Below are positions 25,610 to 39,369 of a stretch of DNA of 64,000 nt, in pieces. The DNA lies in assembly GCF_036321535.1 (NCBI RefSeq), contig NC_087437.1:84074001-84138000 (forward strand). Reading direction: 5' to 3'. This stretch comes from Camelus dromedarius (taxonomy: Eukaryota). The notes under the pieces were generated by a model. That model did no database searches, had not been told where the DNA came from, and saw only the letters and a list, made by a program, of their open reading frames with translations. The position numbers and the translations under genes were made by a program. Numbering within the stretch: position 1 is the stretch's first letter; each line of letters begins with the position of its first letter.

Positions 25610-28389
25610 GAAAATGATTTGATTAAAGTTGCTAATGGCTTTCTGTAGCTATAAAGAGAGCAAGGAGAGCACTGACTGTCTGTGGCACATGGTGATGGAG
25701 ATATGCAAAATATCTCCATTGGACACATCTAATCAACCACTCAAAGCAAGGATCTGAGTGGCTGTATACATGACACTTCAAACATTTTTGGCAAACTAAC
25801 AAATATACTGAAGTTGGCTAGTTGCCCCTATTGTCACTAGACAAAATGGAGAAAGAAAAGGATGAGCTCAGAGATTCAAATTTCCAGCTCAAGAGCCTCA
25901 TAAATGACCTGACAGCTTCTATGTGTGCCCTCAGAGACTTATCTTCTCTCCAGGCCTGAGACTACTGAAAATAAAACGCCGAATCTCATCCTGTGACTGG
26001 GTGAATTACAGTGCAAGCTGAACTCTTAACTTTCATGAGTGTTTACGTCAAAGTGAGGGTATTGACTAGGAAAAAATAGGATAACTGTAAGTTGGAATAG
26101 GGATATGCAGGAAGACCCTGAAGAAACTGGGACCCTGAAGCTCTAAATTCTGATAAGTCTCCTACTGCCACTGGGAGTGTCCTTTCTACTGCAACTGATG
26201 GGATTAACTCTGCACTGCCTGAGGAAACTACCATGGCCTACCCTGAGGCAGCTGCTGTGCAAGACAATGCTGAGTGTACCCTCAACAGCCCTCTTTGCTT
26301 CTAGAGCTGTAACTCTACTAAAGTCTCAGCCAGACCCTAAAGGTGAGGCACAAAGGCGATGCAGGAAGAGGTGCACTATACTCCAAAAGAACTACTTGAG
26401 TTTTCTAAGTGAGACAGAAATCTGAGGAGTATGTGAGAAATGATTACTAAAAATGTGAGATAACGGTAGGATATAAAGTTCAGTCAAGCTACCTTTACTG
26501 ATAATGGGGTTACTAAGCAGAAATTCTGTATTTAATATTACAGCTCAGGAAGTTAGTTACAAAGGGCTTTGTTTGGTTGGTTGGTTGGCTGAAACAAGGA
26601 CCAACAAATGACCCACAGTGAGCAAGCTGAAAATGCCAGATCTCTCTTGATTCAATGTAGGGAAATGATTTAAAGGTATAGGGAAACTAGAATGTTAGAG
26701 TGAATTTGTCATTTAAGACCCAGTCATCTACCATGACTACAAGGAGTAAATTTGTGGAGGAAGCTCCAACGTCTTTCAAAAGTATCTGTGATCACTCTGC
26801 TCTGAAGATAAACCTTACAGTGGGAACTGCAGTCACTGAATTGGGAAACATAAGTTCAATGGAAGTAACTGGATCCTGTGGTGGCAGAGGCCAGGGACAG
26901 CACTCAAATGCCAAGGCAAGGCAGGAGTAGTTACCATAATAGACGGTAGAGTCAAAGCAGCAATTAGAATAGTCTTGACTTGCACAGACTTACATGTCGG
27001 CTAGTTGATTATGGTGTTCCTAGAAGGGAAATAGATTGGAAGCCTACTAAATTCTTAGTTGACATATAAGCAGAAAAGTTATAGGTCATATGAACAAAAG
27101 TCTAGCCAGAACCATAAGGGAGTCATAGCCTCTCAATCAATTCCCAGATGTGAACCAGTTTATAGCCCAGAAGCCCTGGAATGAAGGGAAGGCCAGGTCC
27201 CATCAAGGAAGGACCCTGGTATTATTATATATTGTAATTATATTATTAAATTATATTATTAATTTTTCAGACTTTCCCAAATGGATCTATTGACTTTTTA
27301 CTATGATAACTGTGCAGTGAGGGAATGGAAATGATCAGACTTTGGGAAAACTGCTGGACAGGGGGTATGATCTGACATTAATTCCTAAATGTCACTGTTG
27401 TGTCCACACATCAGAGTAGGGGTTTATGGAGGTCAGGAGAGCAATGAAGTTTTACCTCAGGTGCATCTCACAGTGGGCTCAGTGATTATTTCCCCAGTTC
27501 TGGAATTCATAATCAGAACAGATATATTCAGCAGCTGGCAGAATCCCCACACTGGTTCACTGACCTGTGAAGTGAGGACTACAATGGTGAAAACGGACAA
27601 ATGGAAACCACTATAACTGGCTCTACCAAGAAAAATAACACTTTACCTCTTCTTACGGGGAAGAAATTAGTGTGTTTTAACATGTATGCAAGGTATTAGC
27701 TGGAATTATGACCTTGTTATTGTACATTCAGAGATTAAGTATGGTTTAAGGAAAAGCATGTGGGTGTCAAGTTGAAAAGAGATGTACTTGTGATGGATAA
27801 TTTTATGTTTCAACTTGTCTGGTTCATGAGATGCCAATTCATTTGGCCAAATATTATTACTCTGAGTGTGTCTGCGATGGAGTTTTTGGATGAATTAAGA
27901 TTTGAATCAGTAGAGTGAGTAAAGCAGGCAGCCTTCCCTAGTATGAGTGGGCCTCATCCAGTCAACTGAAGATATGAATAGAACAAAAAGCCTGAGTAAG
28001 AGGGGTCTCCTCCTCCCTGGCTGCTTCAGCTGGGGCGCTGGTCTTTTCCAGCCTTTAGACTCAGGTTGAAACATTGGCTCTTCTTGGGTCTTGAGCCTTG
28101 GTGTTTGGGATGGAATTTATACCACTGGCACTGGTGGTCCTCAGGCCTTTGGACTCAGACATTGTACTTTTGGCCCTTCTGTGCCTCTATCTTACCAACC
28201 GCAGATCTTAAAACTTATCAGTCTTTACAACCACATGAGCTTATTCCTTATAAAGAATATCTCTTTCTGTCTCTCTAGTTTTCTCTCTCTCTCTTTCCAT
28301 ACACATACACACATAACACACATACACATACATACACACACATATAGATCCTATTGGTTCTATTTCTCTGGAGAATCCTGATGAATACA
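25610..28389 (+). mobile_element. ERVL provirus remnant: gag/pro fragments, pol deleted, 3' MLT2 LTR (~27789-28389)
   Basis: ORF fragments FVEEAPTSFKS..LTVGTAVTELGN..GGRGQ (ERVL gag) and RVGVYGGQ..ISPV..DIFSSWQNPHTGSLT..KWKPL (pro/RT start). MLT2 LTR tgtgatggataattttatg...ggagaatcctgatgaataca. Confidence 0.9.
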
Positions 28390-29067
28390 GAAGGTATGTC
28401 AAGCATTAACTTAGGAAACTCAGGAACTGAAATCTGAAATACAAAGTTGAATATTTATGTATATTTCTCAATAGAAATGTTATTTGAAGAGTACATGGAC
28501 ACCTTAAAGAAATTATACCAAAAGAAAACAACTACAGAAATAACTGTTGGTAATTCACTCTATACCCACAGTGCTTAAAACAGATATTATCTGCAAGCAA
28601 TAAAATTTATAATTATCCAACATTCAGAAACTTTAATAAGAATGTATGTTATTTTATAAAGACTAATGTTCACTGTGATAAGATGACAAAATTTCTTATC
28701 TTCATCTTATCTTTATGGTGAATTCATTTGTGAAAATATAGTTACACTGACTGAATAAGCTTGCAAGACTTAAGGAACACACTAAAATTTAATGTTTTTT
28801 CTATAAATTACGTTACATCATGAATGCTGAGACATTCAGATCCATTGCAAATGAGACAGGACTTCTTATACTTCAAAAATAAGCTCCACTCTTCTTCAAT
28901 GGGATACTGTTCTTAAGCAAGAATAGTGATAACTTCCATGGTTGTTGTGCTAAGTAGTAAGCATACAGTAATTTCATTACTATTTTTTTCATTTAACATA
29001 AGTACCTCACCTTTCACAAAAGAAAGTGCATTTCAAATGCGTTTGAGAATAATGCTGTATTTTAAAA

Positions 29068-29443
29068 CCAGCAAGAAAGAGAAAGAAAAATACCATATGA
29101 TATCATTCATATGTGGAATATTAAAAAAAAAAGACACTAATGAACTTATCTACAAAACAGAAACAGACTTACAGACATAGTAAACAATCTTACGGCTACT
29201 GGGAGAAAGGAGGTGGTAAGGGATAAATTTAGGAGTTTGAGATCTGCAGATGTTAACCACTATATATAAAAATAGATAAAGAACAAATTTCTTCTTATAG
29301 TACAGGGAACTATATTCAGTATCTTGTAGTAACCTATAATGAAAAAGCATATATGTATGTATATGCATGATTGGGACATTGTGCTGTACACCAGAAATTG
29401 ACACACTGTAACTGACTACACTTCAATTAAAAAAAAAAAAAAA
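29068..29443 (+). mobile_element. 5'-truncated L1 3' UTR, camelid type
   Basis: Closely matches the 3' UTR at ~45790-46174; poly(A) tail. Confidence 0.85.
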
Positions 29444-30168
29444 TCATGGGAATGCCAGTATGGAAATGACCCTGCTTAGTTTGCTCCTCAAATAGAAAAG
29501 TATTAAATTGACTTTAAACATGGGTAAGAGTAAAACAAGCAATGTTCTTAAATTGTAAGAAGTACAAATGGTCTTCTCCCTATCACACAACTTAAAATAT
29601 TAAGAATAAAGCATTTATGTTAATGCCAGATAAGTGAAACCTATATGGAAACAAACTTATCTTTATATATGCAAATTTGCCTGTACATAAGTGCATAGAT
29701 GTAGCTTTAGCTATGACATACATTTGCTAATAAATAAATTTTATTAAACATTTTCATTTCATTGATAGTTCCAACATCCTCCTCCTTACATTAATCAAGG
29801 GTGTTTTAAATTGTCTATTATAGATAATACATGATATGTTCACATCCATTTGCTTACTTAACGTTGGTTTTATTAAATTATATTTTGGGGACTTTTTCGT
29901 TAATATATTTATTTGTATCTAAAGTGTTAAGAATTAGTCTTCTATAAGGAATCTGCTTCAGCTGTGGCCATTTACCCACATGTCCCTTTTTCTTCCATTC
30001 TGATCAGATTTTTTATCAAACTCATGTCCAATTAAAAAGATATTTAGTCACTTCTGTCTTAACATTAATACTCCTTTGACTCTGATTAATATTATTTAAA
30101 TTTTACAAGCTCATTCTCCAATTTATATTCACAGAGCTAATAAAATAACGTCACATTTATTTACAGTA

Positions 30169-30818
30169 TGTGGTAGGCAGAAAAACGGCATCCCCAAGAT
30201 GTTAATGCCCTAGTCCTTGGAACCTATAAATATGTTACTTTACATGGTATAAGGGACTTTGCAGATGTAATTAAATCTGTAGATCTTAAAATAAGGATAT
30301 TGTTCTGGATTATCCATCCATCTGGGTGGTCCTAATCTAATCATATATGTCCTTTTAAGTAGAGAATTTTTCTAGCTGGAAGTGTTAAGAGAGATGTAGT
30401 GGAAAAGGTGAAGATAATGGTGACAAAAAGGGGTAATCAGAAAGCTTCCAAGCATAAGGAGGCTTTCACAAGCGATTGCTGGCTCTGAGATGCAGGAACC
30501 TGCATGCGAGGACCTGAGAGTCCTCTATGAACTAAGGGCAGTTCTCACCTGACAGTAGGCAGCTTAATGGGACCTCAGCCCTACAACCAAGGGAATTGTA
30601 TTCTGCCTACAACCTGAATGAACATGAAATCATTCCAGCTCTTCCCTGTACTTCCCAATAAGACCTAAGCCCACCAACAAATTAGCTTTAGCCGTATCAA
30701 ATGTAGAGCAGAGAAACCAGTCAAATCAACCGTAATTCTGACGTAAAAAGACTAGAAATTTTTTTAAAAGTATGTTGTTAAAAGGTGGTAATTATGGCAG
30801 CAAGAGAAAACTAATACA
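30169..30818 (+). mobile_element. MaLR solo LTR (MLT1E/F-like)
   Basis: TG...CA ends with 5-nt TSD cagta (30164-30168 and 30819-30823). Confidence 0.85.
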
Positions 30819-32126
30819 CAGTATTACAGCATTTTTGTATTCAGCAATTCTCATATTTATTATGAACTTTATTTATAACCATTCAGATACTTGGGAAGGA
30901 CATTATTATGTCTGTTTTTTAATGAGTAAGATGGGTCTCGGAGAAACTGAATGACTTCTGGAAGATTCCGCTCGGCACACTGCAGAACAGAGCCCCACCC
31001 AAATCTCTCAGGTTCTAGTTTAGGGTCTTCCTTGTAACAAAAATGAGAATCTAACAGTATTTTAAATGCAGAGCAACAGTAAAGTTGGAATTTTCTTTTC
31101 TTTCTCAATACTGCCTTTCTTGACATTTTAAAGGAATCTTTATCTAATATTTACTTATTCTATTTTCATGATAAGAAAAAAATTTAACCTTCTAATTTTC
31201 CCTCAGTTATTGTATAAAGCTAACCATAATACTGAAATTTCCAAGAAAATGCTTAGAACAGGGCAATACAATATAATTCCTATTTCACTTACACCATATA
31301 TAGAACTAGGTTGGTCTCCTTGTATTTCCAGCTCATTTACTTATTCAAATGTGGTATAATAATATGAATAAATTATGCATATTTTAATTCAATTGCCTGA
31401 ATCAATTCAGATGGCTGCTGAACTTTTCAACTCATGTGGTACCAGGACTATGTCTCTTGAACTGCTAATCTAGAGGGCACCAAATAGATTGTTCTTGAAG
31501 GTATAACCACCTCTCAACAACAACAAAAAATAGTGATGTAAATGTTCATAAAATTTGATCAAACAGGTACATAATAACAGTCAGTGTATTACTATAAATG
31601 CTACAAGTTTCTTTTATAAGAAATAAGAAATCTTAAGGGTACAAAGAAATATACCTAAAAAAAGAAAATGAAATTAGAAACTTCACTTACTATTATGTAG
31701 GGAAAAGGACTAAACATATTTTCCCCATATGTGATAATTTAGATATATCAGTATCCTGATAGTTTTCATGAAAGCCTGAATAACTTTTTATGATATATTT
31801 GTATGTCTCATTTTAATTGCAACTTGGTCAATTTGATGAAATAGTGAATATCTAAACTGAAAAATATTCCCTGTTCAAAATGTATACTGTTCTTCTAAAA
31901 CCAAACAAAGCATCTGTAGGAGAGTACAGCCATTATGCTCTTAATATTTTCACAACAAAATATTCCAATGACATGTCAGTCCATCTGTGTGTTTGATAAC
32001 TATGTAAATGAGTTTAAATCATGGTTTTATATAATGTTTTAATTCTGTGTTTAAGTTAATTTTATAAATTCTACTAGAAAAAAAAATCAATGATATAACT
32101 TTCTGAGACACATTATTAAAATTCAC

Positions 32127-32298
32127 CAGGTTAAGTTTGCAGACATTTTTAAGGGACCATCAGTGTTCACTAGAATTGACCATATTGGGACTTCTGATGT
32201 GGCCAGAAGTAGAACTTTAATTCTGATCATATGCATCATGCCTTCAAGGACTGGAGCTGTTCTCATAGTTGGAAGATTCCATACAACATGGTGAAATT
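32127..32298 (-). pseudogene. Gene A exon, still open
   Basis: ccatctag / TG|gtgaat, 172 nt. FHHVVWNLPTMRTAPVLEGMMHMIRIKVLLLATSEVPIWSILVNTDGPLKMSANLT(W). Confidence 0.6.
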
Positions 32299-34258
32299 CT
32301 AGATGGCACAATTAATCAAAGTTTAGGTATAAATAAATATTGCTAGCATTTTATTAGATATCAATTCTTCCCAGCAATTTCAAGGAAAAAATTTCTTTAG
32401 GTAACTATTTTTTCCCCTTGGAACTTTATTACTAACATTTGTATTCAACAAACATTCATCATATACCAATTATTCTTGAAAGTTGGGTCATAACTAGGTT
32501 ACTTATTTAAATTGTGCATTTTACAATCTTTTTGAAAGTGATTCATGTTGTGTTCATAAAACTTTTCAAAGGCACCACTTTGCTTTCATATTAGCAATAG
32601 CCATTTTGAAAATACAAAATAGAATGATGACAAGAAGTAATTTTATTATGCTGAGTAAAATGGAAGAAACTGATTATTTTATTTTTGTGATGCAACTACT
32701 CATGCAATCATAATTTGATTGTCCAGAATTATATTTCTTATCAGTTATTTAAATGCCTGTCAAGCACTTTGAAGAAAAACTACAATACATGAAAGATATA
32801 TGTTGATTCTGATTTTATCAGAAACTACATGCAGTGATCCTTTAGGGAGAAGAGTGTACATAATAGATTTTAAAAATAGTTATCAAATTGGCATGGTTAT
32901 ATCTATACAATAGATTGATTAAACTCAATATTTCTCTTTATGTCCTGGAGTTCATTAGTTTAAAATTTTACCAGGTAAATAACAGAGATAGTTCTGTTAC
33001 CTGTGCCTGTTTAGGTCCTTAAAACAATCATTAGGTGATAATGACTCTTTTTACTAGTACAGTCTCTAAATATTTTGGTAGCATCATGAAATACAAAGCA
33101 GGTGACATAATAATAGAATTCATAAGAGACACTGAAGATATTTCTGCCTAAGCATGGTTTAGGATCTGAATCCTAGTATGCCCTCCTGCTTTGTCTCACT
33201 GGAGGGGAAAAAGCCATTGAGTCAGCTTTCCTCCTTATTACCCTCTTATTGGAGAGGGACAGAAATGCACAATGAAGTAATTATACAGGTAGAAAAACTA
33301 ATCATCAAAACCATTCTTACTGTTAGCTTTAAGAAACCACTAGTTGTACATCGAAACAAAAGTAAAGGATAACAAGTGTTGAGTAAATGCCGAATCACTG
33401 AGCAAGGCAATATGTCAAATCTAATTTTACATATTGGTCAATATATAAAGTCTTTCTTTAGTTAAAACCAGAGACAATATTTTAATTTTTTCCTTTATAT
33501 ATTTTAATGTTAATCCTATAATACTTTCTGTTTAAGAATTCAAAATTACTCATACAAAATATTTTATACAAATTGTTCTTCAACAGTGAATTAATATTAG
33601 CTTGTGATTTCAGTAAATGGTTTTACTGTAATCAACTATTTCATATAATTCATTTTATTATAAAATGATAAAGAGATGGAGTTATTACAGTATTGAATTT
33701 TATCTCTACCTGCTAATATGAAAATTTGTTATTATTTTTCTTCCCTAAGTTTAAAAACATTAGGAGAAACAACCCTAAACAATTTTTTCGTATAACTCTG
33801 CTTCTTTGTCAAAGATTACACTTGGTAAAACTCAACCCTTGTAAAGGAGTGTAATCCTCAAATAAAACTTGATTCTTCATCCCCTGTTTCTCAACCATTA
33901 TGGCCATTAATCTTCAAAGTATATACCCAAGCAAGTTACTCAGCATTTCTAGACTTTAATTTATCTTCCCTTGTTACATATAGAAATAATAATAGAATCT
34001 ACTTATTAGAGTTAATGTATGTAAATCATTTAACATAATGCTTGACATAGTAAGGAATTAATAAATTTTATCAACAAGAAAAATACTAAAAATGATTAGA
34101 TGATATAAAAGTGTTTTATAATTACATTATAAAAGACTTAAAATTGATCAATAATACTATAATTATAGAATATTATTAACATAAGTTATAGTAATTTAAA
34201 TAATGATACCATAGAGTTATGTTTATTATATTGATTTAAATGGAAATAAATTCATTAC

Positions 34259-34366
34259 TTAATTTTTAGCATGACATCTTCATGCAATGATTGTCTAGAT
34301 AGAATTACGTTTCAGGTTATTTATTACTTGTCAGGAACTGTGAAGCTTCTCAGTAGGGCACAGAAT
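34259..34366 (-). pseudogene. Gene A candidate fossil exon
   Basis: ttttcactag / gtaatg. FCALLRSFTVPDK**IT*NVILSRQSLHEDVMLKI. Confidence 0.3.
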
Positions 34367-35715
34367 CTAGTGAAAATCTTTATTCAGTTATTAAAAATAA
34401 GGCAAATAGACTGTGGTAAACTCAGACAAACAAGCCTGTGCTACGTGCTGACGCTCAAATGGCCAGGTCTGACAAAGAAACTAGCAATTACATTTGACTG
34501 GCAGATGAGGATAGTTAAAGAAAACGTTTGGCTGGGCTTGTGAGGCTTTGGGTTTTTCTCATATCTATTTTTATCTTCTTATTCATTTCAATTTTACTGA
34601 GTATCTACTAAACATAAGTCACTATAAAACATAAAAGATATATAGCATGTGTTTCCTCAAGTAGCCATCATCTGGTACAAGATAAAGGAATGGATTTAAT
34701 GATTATTTTATAAAGAAGAGTAATATGAAAGGACACAAACGAAAAGACCACCTCTAAGTGGACTTAAAAGGGAAACATTTATAATGAAATTGTTATTCAA
34801 AAAGACTCTAAAGCATATACTGGTTTTTAATAGGTGGAGATCCAGAAGCACAGTATTTTAGGCATTGAAATGAACAAAGGCATAGGGTTGGGGGAAAAAA
34901 AATAGGACCTATTTTGAGACTCAACCCAGGTTGCTGGAGCACAGGTTCTTTGAAGAGATTAGTGCAGAATAAGACAAGAAAGATACCAAGAAAGCCAGCA
35001 CCGAAGAGTTCCCAGCTTAAAGCACTGCACTTGTCCTTGAACTTATGGGGACCAGCTGTATGACAAGCTTGTCTATTATTTATCTCAGACACCTAAAAAG
35101 TAGGTAGTAAATGCCTTAAAATTTTTGATAAATGAATGAGTTAATGAATTAACTAATGTTTGTACTTCAATCAATAAGAAATGGGTGGCCATGAGATATA
35201 GGTCAGAGGTGGACATCAGAAAGAATGATCAGACAGTGGCAGATTATGATGAATTAAATAGGTTAGACATTAAAGGGGGAGAGACTAAAAGGAAACAGTT
35301 TTTATGAATGAGGGAAGAGAAAGTCAGTATCAAGAACCATGAGGGGATAAGATTTATTCTACCTGCAAGCTTATATATTAGTCTGCCAGTTTCATGGATG
35401 GTGTCAGAAGACCAGAGACTCCTGGGTCAGAGACAAAGGCTGACAGCTTAAAAGGGTAACCAGATACCAACATTTGTGTAAGTTCCCCAAACCCCAATCC
35501 CCACAGAGATAGGTGACATATTCACACCTAATGGGCTGCATTACAGGAGAGGAAACTGAATCTTTTATATGAGGCAGTAAGGTGGCCAAAACTTTGTCCC
35601 TGACTGACATTAACTTTGTTATACTGGACAGTGAACAAACCTGCTGTTTGTCCCAGAGAGAGATACTCTGTCATCTAAATGTCATAATCTTCTTAATCTT
35701 GTTTGTTAACTATAC

Positions 35716-35887
35716 AAACATTCTTGAAAGACAGTCCAAAACAAATATAGCCTACAAGATGTACAGAATCACGAAAGACCCATAGAGAACTGTCTCTCAA
35801 TAGTAAAAGCCTGAATTACAAGGTGGTAGTGAAAATCCCATTCACAGAATCACTGTATTCATGAAACTTTCTGTGATTTTATTTAGT
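35716..35887 (-). pseudogene. Gene A candidate fossil exon
   Basis: tctgcag acceptor. LNKITESFMNTVIL*MG / LVIQAFTIE. Donor uncertain. Confidence 0.25.
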
Positions 35888-36342
35888 CTGCAGATCAAAA
35901 TTTTAACAAGAGCAGGCGATGTTTCTTGTTATATTATTTTTTCTCAACATTAGTAGAAAATATAATTACTTTACTGCTTCTATACCAATGTTCATCATAA
36001 TGTTACTAGGAGGGAAATGTTGACTTCTTACAAGAATAAATTTTTTGTCAGAATAACACTTCCATACTTTTCTTGAAAATGGGAGTTAAATTCACAGAAC
36101 TGAGTAAAGCTATTTAAAACCTAAGGAGTGTTTCCATTATCTTGACAAAATTCAATATTAATACATAAATAAACTCCATTAATTGGGATTAAAAACACTT
36201 AACGCAGTTAGAAAAAGAATGAATCAATTCTGTGGATAAACTAAAATATTGGAGTCAACACGCTTTGTTCTGAGCTGTGAATATAGCAATGGCTTTAAAA
36301 AAAGTAAGGCAGAAGCAACACTGCCATACACTTATTAGGTCC

Positions 36343-36992
36343 TGTGGTAAAGAATTAAATCTTACCCAAAGTGAGATCCGGCCTCAGCTTAGAGAAGTCA
36401 TCTCTAAACCCTTATAATGTCACACTTGACAGGAATATCTTTGCTTGGGGTCTTTGGATCAACCAGATAATTACAATGTGGTTTAGGGTAAGGGCTCTGA
36501 GTCATAACAACAATTTAATTTAGGGTGGGCTTTGGGTCATCTGGTATCAGCTGACATCCAGAGGAAGTGGAGACTGAGATCAGTCACATGGGACATCAAC
36601 ATGCCTACGTGATAGAGTCCCAGTTCAAACTCTGGGTCACAGCAACTTAGGTGAGCATCCTCAGTTGGCAATATTCTGTGTGTACTGCAAGTGGGAGGTA
36701 ATTTTTATCTTGTGGTGGGTAATTTTATCTTGACTGTATAGGAAGAGGACAGGTGGAAGAACTATGTTTGGAACTCTCTTGGACTCTAGTATGTTCTTCT
36801 CTTGACTGATTTTTAATCTGTATCCTTTAGCTGTAATAAACTGTGATCATGAATATAGCAGCTTTAAGTGAGTTCTGTGAATCCTTCTAGTGAATTTTTT
36901 AATCTGACAATGGTTTTGGAAATACTCAAATTTGCAACTATATCACAAGTGAAGGTGGTCTTGTATGGACTGTGTTCTAACTTTGCAATTCT
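36343..36992 (+). mobile_element. ERV solo LTR (MER21-like)
   Basis: tgtggtaaagaattaaatcttacccaaag...gctgtaataaactgtgatcatgaatatagcagc...gagttctgtgaatccttctagtgaatt. Confidence 0.7.
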
Positions 36993-36999
36993 AAAAAAT

Positions 37000-37060
37000 G
37001 TATACATTTTATATATATATATATAATATATACACATATATATATACACACATATATTCA
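37000..37060. repeat. (TA)n/(CA)n low-complexity tract
   Basis: atatatatatatataatatatacacatatatatatacacacatat. Confidence 0.8.
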
Positions 37061-37461
37061 GAAGATAATATTTCATCTTTTTGTGGAACAAATTTTACAT
37101 TTTTTAATTTCAAATTTTTGACTTGCATATTTTAATATGTAAAGAACATTACATTTTATTTTTGATAATACACATTTAAATATATGAATGTGTGTATATA
37201 ATTTCATGAACTTCTAGAATTTGTTTTCCAAATGCATTTTTAAATTTTTCTTAAAAAATCAACAAGATTGACTATATTTCAATTGAAAAGAAAGCATATT
37301 AATTTTAAATACGTATCATTCTTATGGACCAAACGCTCAAAAAATTGGGCATATCTTACCTAAAAATAAGTGTGTATTTAAAATGACAACAAATTTGACA
37401 ATTTTATAACCCTCAGAGGCTAATTCTTCCTCACTTCTATTCTAAGTAATTTTTATCTTAC

Positions 37462-37625
37462 GTATTTCTCAAGATGTATTGTAAACTTAGGGAATTTCAC
37501 ATTTTGAAGTCTTTCACAGGCAATTCTTGAGTTTTCCAATTAGAAATGTTATTAGCATAGCCCTAAGGATCCTCATTAGTGTAAGTGTAATTCCAGCTGC
37601 CTAACAAAGAGTTGGCGACACCTTT
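37462..37625 (-). pseudogene. Gene A fossil exon
   Basis: cattttctgtag / gtaaga. KVSPTLC*AAGITLTLMRILRAMLITFLIGKLKNCL*...; phase matches the upstream exon. Confidence 0.55.
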
Positions 37626-37797
37626 CTACAGAAAATGAGGTCAAATCCACCACACTGATTTCATTAGTTCTTTCAAAGGATACATTAGCTACGGCAGAGA
37701 CAGACAAACTGACTGCTTACAGACTTCTGCTGGTACAATGGTATGAAAGGCAAATTTACATGCAATTATCATTGATAAATGCTTATCATATGCCTAC

Positions 37798-37934
37798 CGT
37801 GTGTAACCTGTACAAAGAGGATTGTCAAGTCTCTTGCCCAGTAAAGTGGTTTTGAATCCAGCCATAACAATTTTTAGCCTTAGCATTTCAGATTGACTTG
37901 GGAGGGCCACGTGCATCAAAGTCCTCTAGGTAGC
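37798..37934 (-). pseudogene. Gene A fossil exon
   Basis: tattttctcatgcag / gtaggc, 137 nt. AT*RTLMHVALPSQSEMLRLKIVMAGFKTTLLGKRLDNPLCTGYT(R). Confidence 0.55.
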
Positions 37935-39369
37935 CTGCATGAGAAAATATGTTCTCATTACTTCCCCTTAGCCCTGTAACCTGGTGACAGTTCCTCTTTT
38001 AGTCACGGGCCAGAGGAAGCAAGCCAAAACCCCCGTCATCTTCTAAATTCACAGCGTGAGGCTATAACATTTCTTTAAGGCTTCTTCTTTTATTTCTGTC
38101 TCCCACTGCCAGTCTGACAGTCAAAGTCACAGCAGGAGATAAAAATGAAAAGAATCATCACAGAAACTCATGTGCAGAATTTCCCTACAGGAGCTTTCAG
38201 CAAGAGGGGTAAAAAAAATGAAAGTGGCTACATTGACATTTGCCCTCCAGCAAAACATTAATAAAAGGGAAAAACAAATGTATGCTTGCCCACCCCTCAA
38301 ATATGTCCCCTGATATCAGAAAATGGAATGTTTCATTTTTGTAATAGATGAAAAGACCAATTGCTTAAACATATTTTGCTGTGAGGGATTTTTAAAATAT
38401 AAAAATGAAAGTGATCCATAATATTCAGGTAGACAAAAGTCAGTATAAATTTCCATTCATTTCAAGGTCAGAGTTCTATACAAAAATTCTGATAAAAACA
38501 TGTAAAAAATAATGTCTTGAATTTTGATATAAAACAAATCAGTAACACTATAGTATATGATCATAAAAGCATTTACAGTGCCTCAATTAAAAATCTATAT
38601 TATAGCAAGCAATGTGTAAGAAAAATTGCATTCTTAATGATTATAATTTTCCATGGAATTTTTGAAAAAGACCTTCTGTGTTTTTAAAATTCAAAGTATG
38701 CTTTTATAACAAGTGTTCTCTGAGTGCACATAATATTTAGACAATCTGTATACTGTGTTATGTTAACAATTGTATCATTTCGTAAATTCTAATTGAATTT
38801 TTGAAAATAAACTTTTTATTATGAAATAATTTTAGATTTACAGAAAAACTGCAAAGATAGTATGGAAACTAAGTTCTCATATACCCTCACTCAGTTTCTC
38901 ACATTGTTAACATCTTATATTATCATAATACATTTGTCAAAACTAATAACCTGACATTAGCACATTACTATTAACCAAATTCCAGACTTTATATGGATTC
39001 TACCAGTTTTCTAGTTTCTTTACCAGGATCCAATCATGGGTGCCACATTGCATTTGGTGGTTATGTCACCCTGGTCTCTGACAGTTTCTCTTTCTTTCCT
39101 TGACTTTCATAACCTTGACAGTCTTAGGATATACTGGCAGATATCCTGTAGAATGTCCCCAGTCTTGGTTTATATAATTGCTTTTAGTCCTATAAATCTG
39201 ATGCATGTTTGTATAGTTTTGCTTATGTGTAACTGTTGCCTAACTAATCACATACATACATAATGTAAATTTGTTTCATTACTAAGAAGGAGGAAGTTGT
39301 CCAGAAAGACCTGGTAAAATTTTATTTACTAGTGAAAGAGCATTTTACAAGTAAAGTAATAAGAATGAG

